Shown: positions 33,170 through 43,722 of the stretch, piece after piece
Layout: each line of letters starts with the position of its first letter
Position numbering within the stretch: position 1 is the first letter of the stretch
Assembly: GCA_964476245.1 (NCBI GenBank)
Contig: CAYYYW010000001.1
Span: 26,808-90,807, forward strand
Direction: 5' to 3'
From: an uncultured Gammaproteobacteria bacterium
Lineage (GTDB): Bacteria; Patescibacteriota; Microgenomatia; UBA1406; HO2-37-13b
DNA: 64,000 bases
The notes under the pieces: model-generated
Databases searched by the model: none
What the model was told of the DNA's origin: nothing
Seen by the model: only the letters and a program-made list of their open reading frames with translations
Made by a program: the position numbers and the translations under genes

Positions 33170-35221
33170 TTACTCATACCTTAACGCGTTCAGGGCCGAT
33201 GTTTTTTTGGCTTTCTGGGCCGGATAAAAACCAGTAACTACACCGACGATAAAGGAAGCCACGAGGATAAAAATAACAAACTGGGGCGGAAGATAAACCA
33301 AATCTAAATATCCCTGACCTTTAGAAATAGCGATTAGAGAAACCGCAAGAGAAATGACTTGGCCGGCTAAAAATCCTAAAAGAACCCCGCCAATTCCGCC
33401 GGATAATCCCATAATCATGGCTTCGGCCAAAAATAATTCCTGTACTTCCTCAGAAACCATGCCCATCACCTTCATACCACCGATCTCCCTGATGCGCTCT
33501 AATAACGAGACTGTCAGGGTGTTAAACATCCCTAAAGAAGCCACTGCCAAAGCGACCAGTCCCAAAATTCCCAGAACAATCCGTAAGTTTCCGAATAAAC
33601 CTTCAATCTGCTTTACCGTATCAACCACGCTGGTTGTTTTCAGACCCAACACCTCAACATCAGTAAACGGTATATAAAAATAAGAAGAGTCTGGGTCATC
33701 AACTATCCCAATAATTTTATATTCAACCTCCGAAGTAAATGCTTTTCCTTCTATTTCAGGCATTAAATTTTTGGTAATAATAAATTTTACTTTAAAGACA
33801 GTGCCTATGGCTTTCTGAGTAGAAATATTTAATAGATTAAGAAAACCTCTGGAAACCAGCGCTTCGCCGGCGAAATCTTCTTCTAATTTAATCTCAGCCT
33901 CTTTTTTGGTTTTGGCTGAGGTAGTCGCCTGAAGGGAAACAAATTCCAATCCTCCAGAACCGGTGGAAATACTGACCGTATCATAGGTTAAAGCAGCCGA
34001 ATCAGTAGCGGTGGCGCTTTCCAACGATGCACTGTCGGTGGCGGAAGCCATGCTAGCACTGTCAGTGGCTTCTCCCAACACCTGACCGAAATTAAATTCT
34101 TCCAAAATTTGAATATTTTTTTGTTGAAGACAAAGCATCTCCCATTTGTGCCTACCTTGTTCATCCAATACAGGAATCAAACTTTCATTGACAGTTTTCT
34201 CAAAAAGAGGCACTTTAGCTTTTGCCCATCTGCCTAAGTAGACATCTTGCTTCTTATCATAGGCCTCTCTGCCTTTTTGGGCAAAGGGATAATAATCGCC
34301 GCCCCAATACTCAACGCCGCTGTAACCGCCCTCTATTCTTGCGGTATAACCCAACATCTTTGAAGAAATAGAACAATCCTCCCAGGCGATGGCTTCAGTT
34401 TCCGGTTTGATATTAAATAGAACGGTGTTTCCAGTAATTTTGGCTCCCAGAGTGGCTTCTGTTAACTTAGTAGTTAAACCAGCTATCTCACCAGTTGACC
34501 AAGCCGATTCAAGCGCTGTTTTTCTCTCTTCATATTCATTATTTTTAGAAAACATTTTTCCTTTCATTAGTTTGATTCTGGAAAGCTCTAAATAAGAATT
34601 GGGCGCCGCATAAACCAAAACATCGGTTGAAGCCTTATTATAACTCACCCTTCCCACCAAAGAAACTAAAGGAATTGATTTTTCAATGTTTTGGATTTTT
34701 TGTATCTTTTTTAAAACCTCGCGGCTAAGACGCAGAGCCGTGTTTTCGCCGGCTGAGACATCAATTATCTTCAGCTCATCTAAGCTGGCAACGCGACTAA
34801 TGATCAATCTTTCAATACCATAACCCAAGGACAGCAAAAGAACAATTATCCCCACTCCCACTGACATGCCTAAAATACTTACTAAGGAACGAGTTTTCTT
34901 AGCCATTAAATTTTTATACGCCAAAGAAATTAAGAAAGAACGTTTCACCTTAGCAGAACCCGCAAGCTCCAATTTATTAATTAAAAAGTTGAAACGTGAT
35001 TTAATTGCTTTATCCCAAAATTTTTTTAAGATAATAAAAATATGACCTAATATGGGGATTTTTGTCAGAACCTCATACATTTTTCCAATAAGAAAGAATA
35101 AAAGAAGGATAAAAAAAACATTAAATAGACAAATTGCTTTAATTAAGCCAGGAATAGATTTGATAAGAGTAATAATTTTAATTCCTAATTGTATTGGGTT
35201 AAATTTTGATTTATTCTTCAT
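33170..35221 (-). CDS. ABC transporter permease, MacB/FtsX-type with very large extracytoplasmic domain
   Basis: 683 aa. TM, then an extracytoplasmic region of about 400 aa (including a repeated ATDSAS tract), then the C-terminal FtsX-type helices. Confidence 0.75.
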   Translation of the reverse strand: MKNKSKFNPIQLGIKIITLIKSIPGLIKAICLFNVFFILLLFFLIGKMYEVLTKIPILGHIFIILKKFWDKAIKSRFNFLINKLELAGSAKVKRSFLISLAYKNLMAKKTRSLVSILGMSVGVGIIVLLLSLGYGIERLIISRVASLDELKIIDVSAGENTALRLSREVLKKIQKIQNIEKSIPLVSLVGRVSYNKASTDVLVYAAPNSYLELSRIKLMKGKMFSKNNEYEERKTALESAWSTGEIAGLTTKLTEATLGAKITGNTVLFNIKPETEAIAWEDCSISSKMLGYTARIEGGYSGVEYWGGDYYPFAQKGREAYDKKQDVYLGRWAKAKVPLFEKTVNESLIPVLDEQGRHKWEMLCLQQKNIQILEEFNFGQVLGEATDSASMASATDSASLESATATDSAALTYDTVSISTGSGGLEFVSLQATTSAKTKKEAEIKLEEDFAGEALVSRGFLNLLNISTQKAIGTVFKVKFIITKNLMPEIEGKAFTSEVEYKIIGIVDDPDSSYFYIPFTDVEVLGLKTTSVVDTVKQIEGLFGNLRIVLGILGLVALAVASLGMFNTLTVSLLERIREIGGMKVMGMVSEEVQELFLAEAMIMGLSGGIGGVLLGFLAGQVISLAVSLIAISKGQGYLDLVYLPPQFVIFILVASFIVGVVTGFYPAQKAKKTSALNALRYE

Positions 35222-35233
35222 ATCAACCTTTAT

Positions 35234-36022
35234 TTATAACTTTAATTTACCTAAAAAATTTGGATCGCGGACATTTGATTCCAAAATGTCGCCGTCTATT
35301 TCTTTTTTTCCTCTCACGCGATTATGCTTTCTGTTTTTGGGACTATATTCTTCAACTATCTTACCATCAACTATATGAAAAATTTTGCTGGCGAACTTCA
35401 AGTATTCCAAATCATGGGTAACCATAACTATGGTTTTTCCCTTTTTAACTAAATCCATAAAAACGGTTAAAAGTTCCTGGCCGGAAACTGTATCCAAATT
35501 ACCAGTCGGCTCATCGGCCACTAATAAGATTGGGTCAGTCATCAAAGCTCGTACCAAAGCTATTTTTTGCTGCTGGCCCGATGAAAGCTCGGTTGGTTTG
35601 TAGTAAGCCCATTTCTCCATGCCAATATTGGAAAGTAATTTAATTGCCCTATCCACCATTATTTTTTCATCATAATTTAAAAGATGTAAGGAAAAAATTG
35701 TATTTTCCAAGACGTTTAAGGCCCCGATCCATAATGGTTGTTGATAAATCATCCCCACTTTGTCACGACGATAGAGTGCTCGTTCGTCTTCGGATAAGGT
35801 ATAAAAGTCGCGGCCTGCAAAAAACACCTTTCCCTCAGTTGGCGGCTCAAGACCCAATAAGGTGTGTAAAAAGGTTGATTTACCACAGCCCGAAGGACCA
35901 AAGATAATAACAAATTCTCCTTGTTTCACTTGCATATTAATCCCTTTCAAAACCTCAATTAAAGATCCACCGACCGGAAAAGATTTTTTAAGACCGGTTG
36001 TCTGTAAAAGTATTTTGTCCAT
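35234..36022 (-). CDS. ABC transporter ATP-binding protein (MacB/LolD-like)
   Basis: GPSGCGKSTFL (Walker A), LSSGQQQKIALVRAL (signature), LLVADEPTGNLD (Walker B), plus a basic C-terminal tail. Confidence 0.9.
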   Translation of the reverse strand: MDKILLQTTGLKKSFPVGGSLIEVLKGINMQVKQGEFVIIFGPSGCGKSTFLHTLLGLEPPTEGKVFFAGRDFYTLSEDERALYRRDKVGMIYQQPLWIGALNVLENTIFSLHLLNYDEKIMVDRAIKLLSNIGMEKWAYYKPTELSSGQQQKIALVRALMTDPILLVADEPTGNLDTVSGQELLTVFMDLVKKGKTIVMVTHDLEYLKFASKIFHIVDGKIVEEYSPKNRKHNRVRGKKEIDGDILESNVRDPNFLGKLKL

Positions 36023-36027
36023 GTTAT

Positions 36028-39000
36028 TTATTTAAAAATTTTCGTTCCTTTCAAAAAACCAAAGGTTTTTGACAGATTTTCAATGACCAAATTCAAAGCA
36101 TCCTTGGTTGATTTAGGCGTAACAATAACCGTATCAAAAGAATAGGCGATGTTTCCAACTTTATCTTTAGAAACAGCTCTTAAATGATAAATGGTGGCTG
36201 GCTTTAAGCCCGTGATTGTTACCGTATGATTTGAAGTCAGACTGGTATCCTCTTGGGTTGTTTGCCCGTATAATGTGCCTGTCCCTTGAGCGTACTCCAC
36301 TTGAGTGGTAGCCGGCTCATCACTGTCCCAAGAAACAACAATTTGGGCTTTGGCAGTCTCCCCCACCCCAACAATCGTACTTTCAACATTAAGATCTATA
36401 ATTTCCGGTGCCCGAATATCAGTGGCGGTTTTTACTTTTCTTGTTTCGGCTGTTGCCTCATTACCAGCGTTGTCTTTGCCTTTGATAATTAAAGTATACT
36501 CGGCATTATCTAATAGATTTTTCATAATTATCTCATGATTTTTTTTCAAAGCTAAGCTAATCTGATCGGCCGCTCGTTCGGGATTGGCCGTTGGATAATA
36601 AGTAACAATTGAGGAAATCAGAGTGTTTGATATCCATAAAAGCCGCAACGTGGCGGTTGGCATGCCCACCACCTGTTGAATTTTAAGATTGAGGATTTTG
36701 GGCGTTGGCAGAGTCTCAAAGGTATAATCATCACTACTGTATGAGTTCTCCTCATCATCTTCGGCAACGATGCTCAAGTGATAAGCGGTTCCTTCGATAA
36801 GATTGCTTAAAACGACGGTATGGGTTGATTCTGTAGTTGAAGTTGAGATGGTTTCGGCAACTCCGTAAGAGAGGGTTTTGCCGTAATTAATGGTCGCTTT
36901 GATAGCATTTTTTATCGTAAAAGTGACATAAGCGGAATTAATATTGACATTAGAAAATTTAACATCGGAAACAGACGGGGCTGGATTGGTAGCAAAACTC
37001 AACTCGTCTGATTGGCCAGTATTACCATCTTCATCGGTCCAAAGAACTTTATAGTAATAGGTTGTCCCTGGATCAAGACCGGTTAAGGTAATTGTGTGTG
37101 AAGTAATATGAGTTGAGGAGCCAACCTCCTCTCCATAACTCCCTGATGATTTACCATATTTAACAAAAGAGTTAGAAGTTCGGCTAGTTGACCAGGTGAC
37201 CGTCGCCGATTTGGTCCTAACCGTAGCCGAGGGTGAAGCTACTAAAGTTGCCGCAATCCGCCATTTTCCATCAGGATAATAATTAACCGTGTCGGAAACA
37301 GCCGAACATTCATTGGTTGAATCGCAAGCCTTGGTGCAATAGTATTTTCTCGTCTGGGTTAATCCGGTATCAACATAGGAGGTCTGCGTGGTAGTCGCAA
37401 TGAAACTAAAGGCGGAAAAATCAGTATTGCAGTTAGCGTCGGTCTCGGCTGACCGGTAGATTTCGTAATCTGCTACCCCCGATCCGGTGGCGGTTGGCTC
37501 ATCCCATGACAAGGCTAATCGCCAACTTGAAGTTTCTTTAATTGAAACATCGGAAGCATCAATGTTTCTGGGAATTCCCGGAGCCGTCGTGTCGGCGGTA
37601 TAATTAACTGAGGAATAGAGATTGAAATCAATATTTCCCGCCTCATCTTGGGTTATGACATAAAGCGTATTAACGCCCTTGTGTGCTGGACAAGAACCTT
37701 TGGATAAATAAGTGACGCTTAATCCGATACTGTTAACAGTGTCGATGGTAGGTAGTTCGTTAAATGAGTAATAATATCTCAGTCCTGCCTGCTGACCATA
37801 GTAGGTTGACGGCGGATCCCAGGCAAAAGCAAACTCGTTAACGGTGTTGCTGGTTGAGTCAGCCGGATAGGTCACACGCAGATTCTGGGGCGCTGAAGGT
37901 GCCGTTGAACTGTAATAAAAAGAGGCGTTGGCATAAGAGGAAGCATAGTTTCCGGCCGTATCTTTTGCTCGAACATAAAAATTGTTTGTCCCTGTCTGAT
38001 AAGCCAAGGCCCCACTAGCCGAGGCCTCGGAAATACAGGTATCAACACTGTCTGAAACACCGGTTTTGTAACAATACTGGGAAACTAAAGAAGCGCTATC
38101 ACTGGCGCCGCTCCAGGTAAAAGTAAAACTGTTAGTAGCTGAATATCCTGGCGGATCAACAACAATTGTTGTTGGATTATTGGGAACTTCATTATCAAAT
38201 TTATAAATAAACGGCTGCCAGTTTTCCGAAGAAAAATTACCAGCATCATCAACGGTTTGAATTCTCAAATAATAGGTATTGCCACTTGTCAAATTTGAAG
38301 CAGTATAATTCGATGAAGTCGTTAAAGTTCCAGAACTTGAGGCGTCAGCATTAGAATCTGTGCCAAAATAGACATAATATCCGGCTACCCCCGATCCTCC
38401 AACACCGTCGGCCGCTCCATTGCTTTCTTCAGCATCCGGCCAGTCAAAAAAGGGTGAATCATAATTGTACCAAGTATTGTTATTGATACTTGCCGCCTGC
38501 GTTGCGGTTGAATAGACTGATATTGGATCAATTGTCGGATTAGTGGGGACGTTCAAATCTTGATAATAATAAATTGTATAGTCGTTGATAACTCCTGAAT
38601 ATATACCGTCAGAAGAAGACATTTCAAATTTTGCCTGCATATATTGATATGGGGTTGATGCAACTTTATAAGAATAGTTTGTCCCTGTCTGCTTTTCTTC
38701 TGTTACCTGAGCCCAAGATCCCCAATTTGAACCATCAGTTGAAGTCCGGGTGTAAACAGAAAGAGAGGTATTTGTTGATGAGGTATAGTTCAAAGAAATA
38801 TTTGCATACTTATATACTGAAGTCATGTCATGGGTGGGTGAAATATAATTACCACTCTCCTCAAACGAAGAGTTTGAGGTCTGGAAAATATAGGAATATA
38901 CACCATTAGTAAAAGTGTTTGTTCCACCAGCTCCAGCAATTACATACATGTGGTCGGTCCTATTGCTTGCTCCGGCTCCTCCTTGATAAATATTTGCAGG

Positions 39001-42000
39001 AGCGTTAGCTATGGCTTCCCATGAATTTCCAGAGATTGAATAACGATAGCAGTTTGCCGTATTCTCTGCCTTACACGCATAAAGATAATTGTCTCCGCCG
39101 TCAACTAAAATTCCATCATTATAAACATCTATCGGCAGGTTAGACATAGTATCCCAAGAATCAGAACCCGGTGTATAGCGATAAAAGGGATTGTTGGCTA
39201 TGTTATTACCACGCATTGTATAGACATAGCCGTCCTTATAGACAAGATGGGCACCGTATGACAAAGTTGCCAGAGTATTTGCTCTTTGGCTCCAACGACT
39301 CCCAGCCGAACCCTGAGTATCATAGCGGTAAAATGTCGTTGTTCCACCAGCACGAATCCAATAGATATATTGCGACCCATCATATTCAAGCGAAGACCCA
39401 GTTCCACTGTCGTATGGTAATGGATCACTACTTATTTGACTCCAACTATCAGTGGCGATATCGTAAGTGTATAAAAAAGGGTCGTATTGACTACCAATGA
39501 TATATATTTTATTTTCATCTTCATTGAAGGTAGTCGCACTCCCCCTATAAAAACCCGTCGGAGCGTCCGCCAAAAGAACTGACTCCCCCGTTGTTGAATC
39601 GTATCTTACAAAAAGATCGTCATAATTACCACGCGTCAGATAATAGTAATTGCCATCACCTTTCACAATCTGAGCACCATACCCGTAGGTTCGATAGTCT
39701 CCACCCCGATATTCGCCGCCAAACAAACCAACAGTGGGTACCAACCAGGAAGCTTTGGCAATATTATACCTGTATACAGTATTAGTATTTGAACCGCGGG
39801 TAATATATAAAATACCATTAATATTTCTCATTGCCGATCCATATGCTAGCGTTGCTGGAGCATCGGTTAATGCTAGCCACGTCTGGGATGTCAAATCATA
39901 TTTATAAAAATTGGGGTCTCCCCAACCCTTGGTGTAATAAATAGCATTTGATGTAGAATCATAGGCAATTTGTGCTCCGTCGTAAGGCAGGGCTGGAACA
40001 TTGGTTAATTGCGACCAGGCATCTGACTGAATGTCATAGGCCGCAAGTCCAGAACGGGTATTACCCTGAAGAGCATAAAGAGTTGAATCACCATCATAGG
40101 CTAAATCGCCACCAATATAAACAAAGTTGTTAACTTGAGAACTAGGCGCTCCGAAATCGACATTTGTCAATGCTTCCCAATAATCGGTTTGAGTATCATA
40201 ACGATAAAAACCATCATCACTATTGCCCCGGAGCAAATAGATATATTGGCTACCATCATACATGAGCGATGAACCGTAACTAACAGAAACCAGAACATCA
40301 GCAGCATTAGCATCAGACCAAGCGTTCTCAGCGATATCATATACCCAAAAAGTATTAGTATTATATCCCCTCAGCCCATAAAGATAACCAGCAGGTCCTT
40401 CAACCACCTCTCCTCCATAATACACAGTCGCCGGTGCATTAGCCAAGGAACTCCAAGTATCAGTTGCAATATCGTATTCATAGAAAGAAGTGGTATTTTG
40501 ACCCCGAAACGAATATAGCTTGTTTGATGATGAAACATAAGCAAATCCAGAACCATAACCAAAACCGGCCGGGGCTAAACTCATCCTTTCCTGTTGCCAA
40601 AAACCAACTTTGCTGGATAGTTTTATTTGATCGTTTGTTGAAGAAACGTTGGTTAAAGTTCCTTCATCAAAATCAGCCGTAGTGGTTTTTGTTAAACTAA
40701 CGGGGGGCGAAACACCAACGTATTTATAAGTAAATACGGTCTCAGCATCGCTAATGTTTGATAAAGCATCCTCTGTTTTTATCCTTAAATAATATGTTCC
40801 TGTTGATAGTGAAGTTGTTGCGGTATAATTAGCCGTAGTTTGATAATTTCCCGCCGTTTCTGGATCAGCCGAAGCGTTTGACCCAAAATAAACATAATAA
40901 CCAGCAATGCTTGTTTCACTATCTGTTGCTCCTTCCCAGACAAAATATGGATTTGCATAATTATAACCATTTGCATAATTATCGGTTAAGGTAATTCCTG
41001 CAACTGCTTGAGATTTGGCCGTGTATGATGTGGGGTTGCTCGGAGAATTCGTATCTCCAGAATATGTAATTGTCATATCTGACAATGTTGGAGTTTGCGT
41101 CCTGTCCGTTGTTGCTGTTAATGTTGCTCTTGCCTGAATATAACGAGCCGTTGGTGATGATATTGTGCCATCAGATACCGCTTGCCAATCGCTCCAAGTT
41201 ATTTGATCACTGCTTGATCTCGTTTGATAGCTGATGCTTGAATCCCCAGATATTGTTGTTGAAGCTGTTAAAGATGTCCAACTTGAAACATAATCTAAAT
41301 CTATCGTTGAACTCGTCCAAGTACCGCTGACTGGATAATTATAACTACTTTCAGTATAAGATAAGATTCGCGACAGTCCCGCCCCATTTATCTGATAAAA
41401 AGTACCACTTCCGTCTGAAGCAATTGATCCACCATTGTATGAGCCAACATCATAGGCATAATATCCCGAATAATCAGAAAGTCTGTGCCAAGTATTAGTT
41501 GAGATTGTATATTCCCAAAATCCAGTTTTATAGTAACCGGAGATCGCATATATTTTCCCATTATAGTAAACAGTGTCTGTTCCATAATAAGGTGAAAAGG
41601 GCAAATTGCCAAGCACTGTCCAATTGTTACCGCTTATGGAATATTTCAAAATCCGAGCGATGCCGCTTCCGGTTATGGCATAAATATCAGTTCCGTCCGA
41701 GACCAATCTAGCTCCATAACCATTTTCTGAATCCGTCGGCATGTCTGTAACGGCCCCATCATCCCAAGAATCACCAGCAATGCTGTAACGCCAAAAGGCC
41801 GTTGTCAACGCACCACGCGTTCCATAAATATAGTCTCCACTCCCAGGATAGGCTAAACTAGCACCATAGGAAACGTTGCCGGGAGTCACCCCTAAAGTAT
41901 CCCATGAATCGCCTAAAACATTATAGCGATAAAACACAGTTGTGTTGCTTCCTCCAAAATAATATAAATTCCCTGAAGCCGCAATTCCCTTGTTATCATC

Positions 42001-43224
42001 ATTGAAAGTTGTTGGGGCTGCGGTTTTTGTCGTCCAGGAGTTACCACTAGGATCAAATTCGTAAAAAGCTGTTTGATTGTTACCTCGACGGTAATAAACT
42101 TTACTATTTAAATAAACTAAATCAGCTCCTGTCCCTGGGGTTGCAGGCAGGTCTGCAGAACCAAGATATGAATCTGTATCAGCGTTATATTTCCACCAGT
42201 CGTAGGTACTGTTTCCTCGGAATACATATATTAAATCCTGTAATGTGTTGTATGTTAAGCCGACGTAACGAGCTGCAGTCGGAGTATTGGTTAAGGTTGA
42301 CCAGGTATTGGCACTTATTTGGTAGCGATAAAAAGTTTGGGTGTTGCTACCACGCAAAACATAAATATAATCACCCCGCTTAGTCATGTTGCCGTTGTCA
42401 TTTAAACTTGCTGGGACTGTTGCTTTGGTCGTCCAGCTTCCTGCACTAATGTCGTATTGATAAAATGTTGTAGTGTTGGCGCCACGAGGAGTATAAAGAT
42501 ATGACGTTCCCAGTGAGTTGTCATAAATTAAATCGGCGCCGGTGCTGATGGTTGCTGAAGGCCCGGTTAAAATTGACCAATTATTAGTTGATGGATTATA
42601 CCGCCAAAAATCAGTTGTTGATGAACCACGGAGAGCATAAAGATAAGTACCATCTGTGGCCAATGAACTTCCTGAATAAGTTAATTCTGGTGCGTCTGCC
42701 AATTCTGACCAACTATTGGTTGCTATTGAATATCGACTAAATTCCTTTTGATACCCGCCAAATAAGACATAAATATAATTATTTAAATAAACCATATCAG
42801 CCCCGGAATATCCGGTATGAGGTGATCGTGCTAACGTTTCCCATCTGTCCTCTTCGGGCCGGTAGCGCGACAGTCTGTTATCCCGACCAACAAGCATATA
42901 GGTATAAGTGCCGTCAGTAGTAAATGTGGTGCCATCAGTTAGTGTTAAATTTGGCGTTCTCCATACTCTGGCATTCCAAGTTCCATCAGCATTCAATTTC
43001 AAATTGCCAGCGCTGCTTTTTGACTCGGTGTTGCTGTGAAATCCTGTATCAAAATCAACTCTTGAAGTAATTGTACTTGACGCCGCCTCAATCAGCTTGG
43101 GCGATAGCGGCGACTTCACCAAGGTCAAAAACCCAAACTGCTGCAAAAGCACCGTCAAAATCGTTCCCCAAGCAATCAGCTTCTTGGTGGTTCTCCGGAT
43201 TATTTTCTTTTTAATTTTTGGCAT
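36028..43224 (-). CDS. Giant surface protein (2398 aa): N-terminal signal anchor, many Kelch-like beta-propeller repeats, C-terminal FN3 domain array
   Basis: N-terminus KKLIAWGTILTVLLQQFGFL. Dozens of modules of about 50 aa, such as YLYALRGSSTTDFWRYNPSTNNWSIL and YIYVLRGSNTQTFYRYQISANTWSTL. C-terminal units such as TVTWSTSRTSNSFVKYGKSSGSYGEE...TLTGLDPGTTYYYKV are FN3/PAP-N-like. Confidence 0.8.
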   Translation of the reverse strand: MPKIKKKIIRRTTKKLIAWGTILTVLLQQFGFLTLVKSPLSPKLIEAASSTITSRVDFDTGFHSNTESKSSAGNLKLNADGTWNARVWRTPNLTLTDGTTFTTDGTYTYMLVGRDNRLSRYRPEEDRWETLARSPHTGYSGADMVYLNNYIYVLFGGYQKEFSRYSIATNSWSELADAPELTYSGSSLATDGTYLYALRGSSTTDFWRYNPSTNNWSILTGPSATISTGADLIYDNSLGTSYLYTPRGANTTTFYQYDISAGSWTTKATVPASLNDNGNMTKRGDYIYVLRGSNTQTFYRYQISANTWSTLTNTPTAARYVGLTYNTLQDLIYVFRGNSTYDWWKYNADTDSYLGSADLPATPGTGADLVYLNSKVYYRRGNNQTAFYEFDPSGNSWTTKTAAPTTFNDDNKGIAASGNLYYFGGSNTTVFYRYNVLGDSWDTLGVTPGNVSYGASLAYPGSGDYIYGTRGALTTAFWRYSIAGDSWDDGAVTDMPTDSENGYGARLVSDGTDIYAITGSGIARILKYSISGNNWTVLGNLPFSPYYGTDTVYYNGKIYAISGYYKTGFWEYTISTNTWHRLSDYSGYYAYDVGSYNGGSIASDGSGTFYQINGAGLSRILSYTESSYNYPVSGTWTSSTIDLDYVSSWTSLTASTTISGDSSISYQTRSSSDQITWSDWQAVSDGTISSPTARYIQARATLTATTDRTQTPTLSDMTITYSGDTNSPSNPTSYTAKSQAVAGITLTDNYANGYNYANPYFVWEGATDSETSIAGYYVYFGSNASADPETAGNYQTTANYTATTSLSTGTYYLRIKTEDALSNISDAETVFTYKYVGVSPPVSLTKTTTADFDEGTLTNVSSTNDQIKLSSKVGFWQQERMSLAPAGFGYGSGFAYVSSSNKLYSFRGQNTTSFYEYDIATDTWSSLANAPATVYYGGEVVEGPAGYLYGLRGYNTNTFWVYDIAENAWSDANAADVLVSVSYGSSLMYDGSQYIYLLRGNSDDGFYRYDTQTDYWEALTNVDFGAPSSQVNNFVYIGGDLAYDGDSTLYALQGNTRSGLAAYDIQSDAWSQLTNVPALPYDGAQIAYDSTSNAIYYTKGWGDPNFYKYDLTSQTWLALTDAPATLAYGSAMRNINGILYITRGSNTNTVYRYNIAKASWLVPTVGLFGGEYRGGDYRTYGYGAQIVKGDGNYYYLTRGNYDDLFVRYDSTTGESVLLADAPTGFYRGSATTFNEDENKIYIIGSQYDPFLYTYDIATDSWSQISSDPLPYDSGTGSSLEYDGSQYIYWIRAGGTTTFYRYDTQGSAGSRWSQRANTLATLSYGAHLVYKDGYVYTMRGNNIANNPFYRYTPGSDSWDTMSNLPIDVYNDGILVDGGDNYLYACKAENTANCYRYSISGNSWEAIANAPANIYQGGAGASNRTDHMYVIAGAGGTNTFTNGVYSYIFQTSNSSFEESGNYISPTHDMTSVYKYANISLNYTSSTNTSLSVYTRTSTDGSNWGSWAQVTEEKQTGTNYSYKVASTPYQYMQAKFEMSSSDGIYSGVINDYTIYYYQDLNVPTNPTIDPISVYSTATQAASINNNTWYNYDSPFFDWPDAEESNGAADGVGGSGVAGYYVYFGTDSNADASSSGTLTTSSNYTASNLTSGNTYYLRIQTVDDAGNFSSENWQPFIYKFDNEVPNNPTTIVVDPPGYSATNSFTFTWSGASDSASLVSQYCYKTGVSDSVDTCISEASASGALAYQTGTNNFYVRAKDTAGNYASSYANASFYYSSTAPSAPQNLRVTYPADSTSNTVNEFAFAWDPPSTYYGQQAGLRYYYSFNELPTIDTVNSIGLSVTYLSKGSCPAHKGVNTLYVITQDEAGNIDFNLYSSVNYTADTTAPGIPRNIDASDVSIKETSSWRLALSWDEPTATGSGVADYEIYRSAETDANCNTDFSAFSFIATTTQTSYVDTGLTQTRKYYCTKACDSTNECSAVSDTVNYYPDGKWRIAATLVASPSATVRTKSATVTWSTSRTSNSFVKYGKSSGSYGEEVGSSTHITSHTITLTGLDPGTTYYYKVLWTDEDGNTGQSDELSFATNPAPSVSDVKFSNVNINSAYVTFTIKNAIKATINYGKTLSYGVAETISTSTTESTHTVVLSNLIEGTAYHLSIVAEDDEENSYSSDDYTFETLPTPKILNLKIQQVVGMPTATLRLLWISNTLISSIVTYYPTANPERAADQISLALKKNHEIIMKNLLDNAEYTLIIKGKDNAGNEATAETRKVKTATDIRAPEIIDLNVESTIVGVGETAKAQIVVSWDSDEPATTQVEYAQGTGTLYGQTTQEDTSLTSNHTVTITGLKPATIYHLRAVSKDKVGNIAYSFDTVIVTPKSTKDALNLVIENLSKTFGFLKGTKIFK

Positions 43225-43248
43225 GTTTTTTTCTGTGTTATAAATTAA

Positions 43249-43551
43249 TTAGCTTTCTAACAATTCTCTCGTAACTTCCAACAGCCTTTTTTGCGAAATT
43301 AACTTCGTATTCAACTTCCATCTCAATCCCCTGCCGCTTTCGGCTTTCCCCCAAGGAATAACCAACTTTTCATTATTAATTCTTTGCCTTGATAATGAAG
43401 AAAAAACTCCTCCTAAGGCCTTACCCTCTTTGCCTATTTTTTTACTGGAGGCAGTTGAAGAAATTATGCCTTTTGCCGATTTAGCCAAAATAAGAAGACC
43501 CCTAAGCTGATTGGGGCTTAATCGATGTATTTTCTCTTCTAGCGGATTCAT
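43249..43551 (-). CDS. Small hypothetical protein (100 aa) heading the giant-protein operon
   Basis: The ORF track start (43554) is TTG; the adjacent ATG at 43551 is preferred. Basic, possibly wHTH-like. No firm motif. Confidence 0.4.
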   Translation of the reverse strand: MNPLEEKIHRLSPNQLRGLLILAKSAKGIISSTASSKKIGKEGKALGGVFSSLSRQRINNEKLVIPWGKAESGRGLRWKLNTKLISQKRLLEVTRELLES

Positions 43552-43577
43552 CAATAATAACTATAAAACATCTACTC

Positions 43578-43656
43578 ATTCTATGTCAAGTACTATTTGT
43601 AATATATCTATATATTCTATAATAAGCCCTAATTCTATAATTTCTTCTTATTCTAT
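43578..43656. promoter_or_regulatory. Four ATTCTAT direct repeats phased at 18-bp multiples upstream of the giant-protein operon
   Basis: ATTCTAT at 43578, 43614, 43632 and 43650 (spacings 36, 18, 18). Located in the 170-bp AT-rich gap upstream of 43249..43551. Confidence 0.4.
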
Positions 43657-43722
43657 TAAATCTATAGAGTGTATTACTTGCACTTTAAGCTGGTGAGGAT
43701 ATAGACTGGGAATGAAGGGTAT

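Noticed and set aside
36286-42383. About a dozen 60-110-aa ORFs on either strand inside the giant gene, plus similar antisense ORFs in other long genes (for example 33354..33677, 35385..35907, 53098..53379)
   Set aside because: They are shadow ORFs within long, well-supported CDSs and have no independent evidence.
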